A stretch of 32,000 nt of DNA, taken from contig NZ_LN831024.1 of assembly GCF_001457615.1 (NCBI RefSeq), positions 1,980,001 to 2,012,000 of the forward strand, read 5' to 3'. Under the pieces are notes generated by a model, which worked only from the letters and a program-made list of their open reading frames with translations, was not told the origin of the DNA and made no database searches. The position numbers and the translations under genes are program-made. This document shows positions 29,349-32,000 of the stretch, one piece after another (positions within the stretch are counted from its first letter, which is position 1; the number at the start of each line of letters is the position of its first letter). Origin of the DNA: Pseudomonas aeruginosa (GTDB taxonomy: Bacteria > Pseudomonadota > Gammaproteobacteria > Pseudomonadales > Pseudomonadaceae).

Positions 29349-29873
29349 ATGAAGGTGATGACGCAATTCCACGAGCGCCTCAGGGCCCAGGCGGAAACCT
29401 CGCAGCTGGCGATCCGCTGGCGCGGGCTGCCGGCGCGGGACCGCCTGGCGCTGCTCTGGCTCGGCGCGTTCCTCCTGCTGGTGGTGCTTTACCTGGCGCT
29501 GTGGCGCCCGGCCGAGCGCCATCTGCAGTCGGCGCGGCAGTACTTCACCGAACAGCGCGCGCTGCATGCCTACATCCAGCAGCAGGCGCCCAACGTGCGC
29601 CAGGCCGATGCCGCGGCGCCACAGGCGCAGATCGACCCGGCGGCGCTGCAGGGCATGGTCACGGCTTCGGCGGCCCAGGCCGGACTGAGTGTCGAGCGCC
29701 TCGACAACGAAGGCGAGGGCGCCGTGCAGGTGGCCCTGCAGCCGGCGCCATTCGCCAAGCTGCTGCCCTGGCTGGAGCAGTTGAACGGGCAGGGCGTGCA
29801 GGTGGCGGAGGCCGGCCTGGACCGCCAGGTCGACGGCCGGGTCTCGGCGCGCCTGAGCCTGCGGGTCGAGTGA
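29349..29873 (+). CDS. xcpZ: Type II secretion protein GspM
   Basis: 174 aa starting 1 nt after the xcpY stop. Single N-terminal TM segment (LALLWLGAFLLLVVLYLAL). Confidence 0.93.
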   Translation: MKVMTQFHERLRAQAETSQLAIRWRGLPARDRLALLWLGAFLLLVVLYLALWRPAERHLQSARQYFTEQRALHAYIQQQAPNVRQADAAAPQAQIDPAALQGMVTASAAQAGLSVERLDNEGEGAVQVALQPAPFAKLLPWLEQLNGQGVQVAEAGLDRQVDGRVSARLSLRVE

Positions 29874-29933
29874 GCGGCCCGTGGCTGGGCCCGGCCTGGG
29901 CCCCGGCGCCGACCGTGGCGACAGGCGATCGCC

Positions 29934-29990
29934 GAAATTTCAAAAAAAATTCAATCAGGGCATTGACTTAGGTTTTTCGGTCGGTAGAAT
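29934..29990 (+). promoter_or_regulatory. Stable-RNA-type promoter for the tRNA operon: UP-like A/T block, TTGACT-N16-TAGAAT, GC-rich discriminator
   Basis: -35 TTGACT at 29963-29968 and -10 TAGAAT at 29985-29990, followed by GCGCCCC. Upstream block GAAATTTCAAAAAAAATTCAATC at 29934-29956. The first tRNA starts at 30012. Confidence 0.6.
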
Positions 29991-30011
29991 GCGCCCCACT
30001 TCGAGAGTGAA

Positions 30012-30087
30012 GGGTGATTAGCTCAGCTGGGAGAGCATCTGCCTTACAAGCAGAGGGTCGGCGGTTCGATCCCGTCATCACCCACCA
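30012..30087 (+). tRNA. tRNA-Val (anticodon TAC)
   Basis: 76 nt folded into a cloverleaf by hand: acceptor GGGTGAT/ATCACCC, anticodon loop CTTACAA, T-loop TTCGATC, encoded CCA. Near-identical to the E. coli tRNA-Val(UAC) I recall. Confidence 0.98.
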
Positions 30088-30103
30088 ATCTCGCAAGTTA
30101 CGC

Positions 30104-30180
30104 GCAGCGGTAGTTCAGTCGGTTAGAATACCGGCCTGTCACGCCGGGGGTCGCGGGTTCGAGTCCCGTCCGCTGCGCCA
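30104..30180 (+). tRNA. tRNA-Asp (anticodon GTC), copy 1
   Basis: 77 nt: acceptor GCAGCGG/CCGCTGC, anticodon loop CTGTCAC, T-loop TTCGAGT, discriminator G plus CCA. Confidence 0.98.
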
Positions 30181-30294
30181 TTCACTTCCCCTCCCGAGTT
30201 CACCACCCCGAACTCGCCGTCTTCCACCAGAAGGCGGGCAGCCTGGCTGCAACGAGAGGAAGTCGCTTTACCGGGCATCTTGCCCAGCCGACGC

Positions 30295-30371
30295 GCAGCG
30301 GTAGTTCAGTCGGTTAGAATACCGGCCTGTCACGCCGGGGGTCGCGGGTTCGAGTCCCGTCCGCTGCGCCA
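30295..30371 (+). tRNA. tRNA-Asp (anticodon GTC), copy 2
   Basis: 77/77 identical to copy 1, and the 4 nt upstream (ACGC) are also shared. Confidence 0.98.
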
Positions 30372-30409
30372 TACATCTTCACCACGCCGAGGCGGGGTGA
30401 GCCACGAAG

Positions 30410-30433
30410 AAAGCGGCCAATGGCCGCTTTTTT
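30410..30433. terminator. Rho-independent terminator of the tRNA operon (usable from both strands)
   Basis: AAAGCGGCC-AAT-GGCCGCTTT followed by TTT. On the minus strand the same hairpin is followed by TTTCTT. Confidence 0.7.
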
Positions 30434-30570
30434 CGTTTCCGTCGTCCCCTGCGTCTTCCGCTTTCTCCTTGTTTGCCGGATTTCCTGCTCCGTCGGTCCG
30501 CGCGCGGTAATCCCGCTGTCATCTTCCTCGTCTACAGCTGAAAGACACAGACGAACGAAGGTGATCCGCG

Positions 30571-30657
30571 ATGGACGACTACCAGGAAGAACTGCTGGAG
30601 CAGCATGCCGCCGAATGCGATCTGCCAGAGCCGGCGGACGATGCCACCGAGATGTGA
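30571..30657 (+). CDS. Candidate 28-aa acidic small protein (MDDYQEELLEQHAAECDLPEPADDATEM), hypothetical
   Basis: ATG preceded by AGGTGATC (30559-30566), an 8-nt match to the extended SD consensus, at suitable spacing. Third codon positions are mostly G/C. The stop abuts the convergent AraC-gene stop. No homology evidence is available to me. Confidence 0.25.
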   Translation: MDDYQEELLEQHAAECDLPEPADDATEM

Positions 30658-31695
30658 TCATGCGCTCTGTCGCTGGGCGCGGCGGAATTCGCCGGGCGTC
30701 TGCCCGCTCCAGCGCTTGAAGGCGCGCTGGAAGGCTTCCGCCGAGGCGAAGCCGAGCAGGTAGGCGATTTCGCCGAAAGCCAGGTCGGTCTCGCGGATGT
30801 AGACCATCGCCAGGTCGCGGCGGGTGTCGTTGAGGATGCTGCGGAACTGGGTGCCTTCCTCGGCCAGCTTGCGCCGCAGGGTCCAGGTCGGCAACTTGAG
30901 GCGCGCGGCGATTTCCTCGAGGTCCGGTTCGCGACCATTGAGCATCGGCCCCAGCAGGCGGCTGACGCGCTCGCGCCAACTGCGGGTGCGGGTCAACTGC
31001 TCCAGTTCGCGGTTGCAGAGTTCCAGCATCTGGTTCCAGGTGCTCGGACAGTGCTCGGCATTCGCCAGGGCCAGGCTGGCCTGGCTCAGGCGCAACTGGT
31101 TGGTCGGCGCGCCGAATTCCACCGGGCAGCCGAAGAATGCCTCGTAGCGCTCGGCCCAAGGCGGCGCTGGATATTCGATCTCCACCCGCTCCGCTTTCAA
31201 CGGCTGCCTTGCCAGGGCGCCGAGATGGCTGATCCAGCCTGCCAGCACCGAATCGACGACGAAGCGGTTATAGGCGTTGTAAGGGCTGATCGAATAGAAG
31301 CGCAGCCAGGCGCCGCCGGCGTCTTCCACCAGGCTCGACTGGCCCCGGTAGTTCTGCGCGTAAAGCGGTTCCAGGTGGATCATTGCCCGCGCGGCGGCGC
31401 GCAGGTTGGGCGCCTGGGCGACGCTGACGCCGGCCAGGCCCATCTGTCCGAGACGGCTCAGGCGGCCCATCTGCAGGCCGAGGGCGGGGTCGCCGCTGAG
31501 CTGTATGGCGGCATGGCCGAGGCGCATGTAGCGAGGGATCGACAGGCGCGCCCCGGGTTCGGCCAGGCGCCGCTGGTCGAGGCCGTACTGCTCGAGCAGT
31601 GGTGCGGGCTCGACGCCGGCGGCGAGCAGGGCGTCGGCCAGCGCCTGGACGAAGCCGACCGAGAGGTCGCCGAGGCGAACCCGGGGCGCGCTCAT
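30658..31695 (-). CDS. AraC/XylS-family transcriptional regulator
   Basis: 345 aa from the ATG at 31695 (MSAPRVRLGDLS...). C-terminal double-HTH AraC domain (LAFGEIAYLLGFASAEAFQRAFKRWSGQTPGEFR) and an N-terminal AraC_binding_2-like ligand domain. The upstream extension in the track ORF is Arg-rich and overlaps the neighbouring gene. Confidence 0.9.
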   Translation of the reverse strand: MSAPRVRLGDLSVGFVQALADALLAAGVEPAPLLEQYGLDQRRLAEPGARLSIPRYMRLGHAAIQLSGDPALGLQMGRLSRLGQMGLAGVSVAQAPNLRAAARAMIHLEPLYAQNYRGQSSLVEDAGGAWLRFYSISPYNAYNRFVVDSVLAGWISHLGALARQPLKAERVEIEYPAPPWAERYEAFFGCPVEFGAPTNQLRLSQASLALANAEHCPSTWNQMLELCNRELEQLTRTRSWRERVSRLLGPMLNGREPDLEEIAARLKLPTWTLRRKLAEEGTQFRSILNDTRRDLAMVYIRETDLAFGEIAYLLGFASAEAFQRAFKRWSGQTPGEFRRAQRQSA

Positions 31696-32000
31696 AGCCA
31701 GAGATTGACCAGTTGCGCACCGCCGCCGGGATTGGCCTGGCGCATGCCCTGCGACGAACCGAGCAGGCTTTGGCCGTCTTCGGTGACGTTCCACAGGCGG
31801 CTATGGGCGAAGGCCACGGCGGCGCCGCGCGCACCGCTGGCCAGCAGGCGCTCGCCGACCGCCAGGCGCTGCCAGGCCTCGGCGTTGCTCAGGCTGTTCG
31901 GCGCCAGGCGTACGTCGCCGGGAACCAGCTCCGCATCGAAGCCGGGCCAGGGCTGCTGCCAGCGACCGCTCTGGTTCAGGGCGGCGGGGATCGCCAGCAG
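31692..32000 (-). CDS. Hypothetical protein, C-terminal 102 codons only (5' end outside window)
   Basis: Hand translation of the minus strand gives an uninterrupted frame from the window edge to a TGA at 31694-31692 (...FAHSRLWNVTEDGQSLLGSSQGMRQANPGGGAQLVNLWL*). G/C at third codon positions is very high. Its stop overlaps the AraC start as ATGA. It is absent from the ORF track because it has no start codon in the window. Confidence 0.55.
   Translation of the reverse strand: MLAIPAALNQSGRWQQPWPGFDAELVPGDVRLAPNSLSNAEAWQRLAVGERLLASGARGAAVAFAHSRLWNVTEDGQSLLGSSQGMRQANPGGGAQLVNLWL

Noticed and set aside
29924-29933. GGCGATCGCC palindrome (HIP1-like) downstream of xcpZ.
   Set aside because: It is a single occurrence of a short GC palindrome in GC-rich DNA, with no evidence of repetition or function.
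30379-30522. 47-aa extremely basic minus-strand ORF (MTAGLPRADRRSRKSGKQGESGRRRGRRKRKKRPLAAFF...).
   Set aside because: It reads straight through the terminator hairpin and ends about 8 nt beyond the 3' end of tRNA-Asp copy 2. The only SD-like sequence is too close to the ATG. Its basic composition is just the translation of the purine-rich tract discussed as a possible GGA-rich RNA.
30012-30660. tRNA cluster considered as a possible genomic-island integration site.
   Set aside because: No integrase, no direct repeat of a tRNA 3' end, no compositional shift, and the ordinary terminator is followed within about 290 nt by a core-like AraC regulator. The duplicated tRNA-Asp copies are complete genes, not att remnants.
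30420-30719. 99-aa plus-strand ORF from the track, starting inside the tRNA terminator.
   Set aside because: It starts within a terminator stem, runs into the convergent AraC coding region, gives a Cys/Arg/Ser-rich unlikely protein, and has no SD.

Overview
High-GC window that reads as core Pseudomonas aeruginosa chromosome. Gene order and protein lengths match what I recall (no search run) for PAO1 PA3122 down to PA3093, in the opposite orientation to PAO1 numbering. Left to right: a LysR regulator divergent from leuC-leuD; a SAM-methyltransferase; leuB; asd; a USG-1-like asd paralog; fimV; truA; trpF; accD-folC; a SPOR (DedD-like) protein; cvpA; purF; metZ; and a short-chain dehydrogenase. 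Then comes the complete Xcp type II secretion system (xcpQ-xcpP on the minus strand, divergent from xcpRSTUVWXYZ), a tRNA-Val/Asp/Asp operon, an AraC-family regulator, and a 5'-truncated ORF at the right edge. All long ORFs are accounted for by conserved housekeeping or Xcp genes. I see no CRISPR array, integrase, transposase, phage genes, compositional island or defence-type cluster, so I do not find a convincing undescribed multi-gene system. The one large system, Xcp T2SS, is well described. The leads worth a second look are small-scale. (1) The AT-rich xcpP/xcpR control region has a las/rhl-box-like dyad and unexplained 18-nt direct repeats. (2) A roughly 290-nt unannotated stretch between the tRNA terminator and the AraC gene carries a GGA-dense tract on the minus strand and a 28-codon acidic ORF with a strong Shine-Dalgarno on the plus strand. 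(3) A methyltransferase is embedded in the leu cluster behind a canonical terminator. (4) The asd paralog has two catalytic residues replaced. (5) A perfect 14-bp palindrome lies upstream of accD. The many long antisense ORFs in the track are high-GC artefacts.
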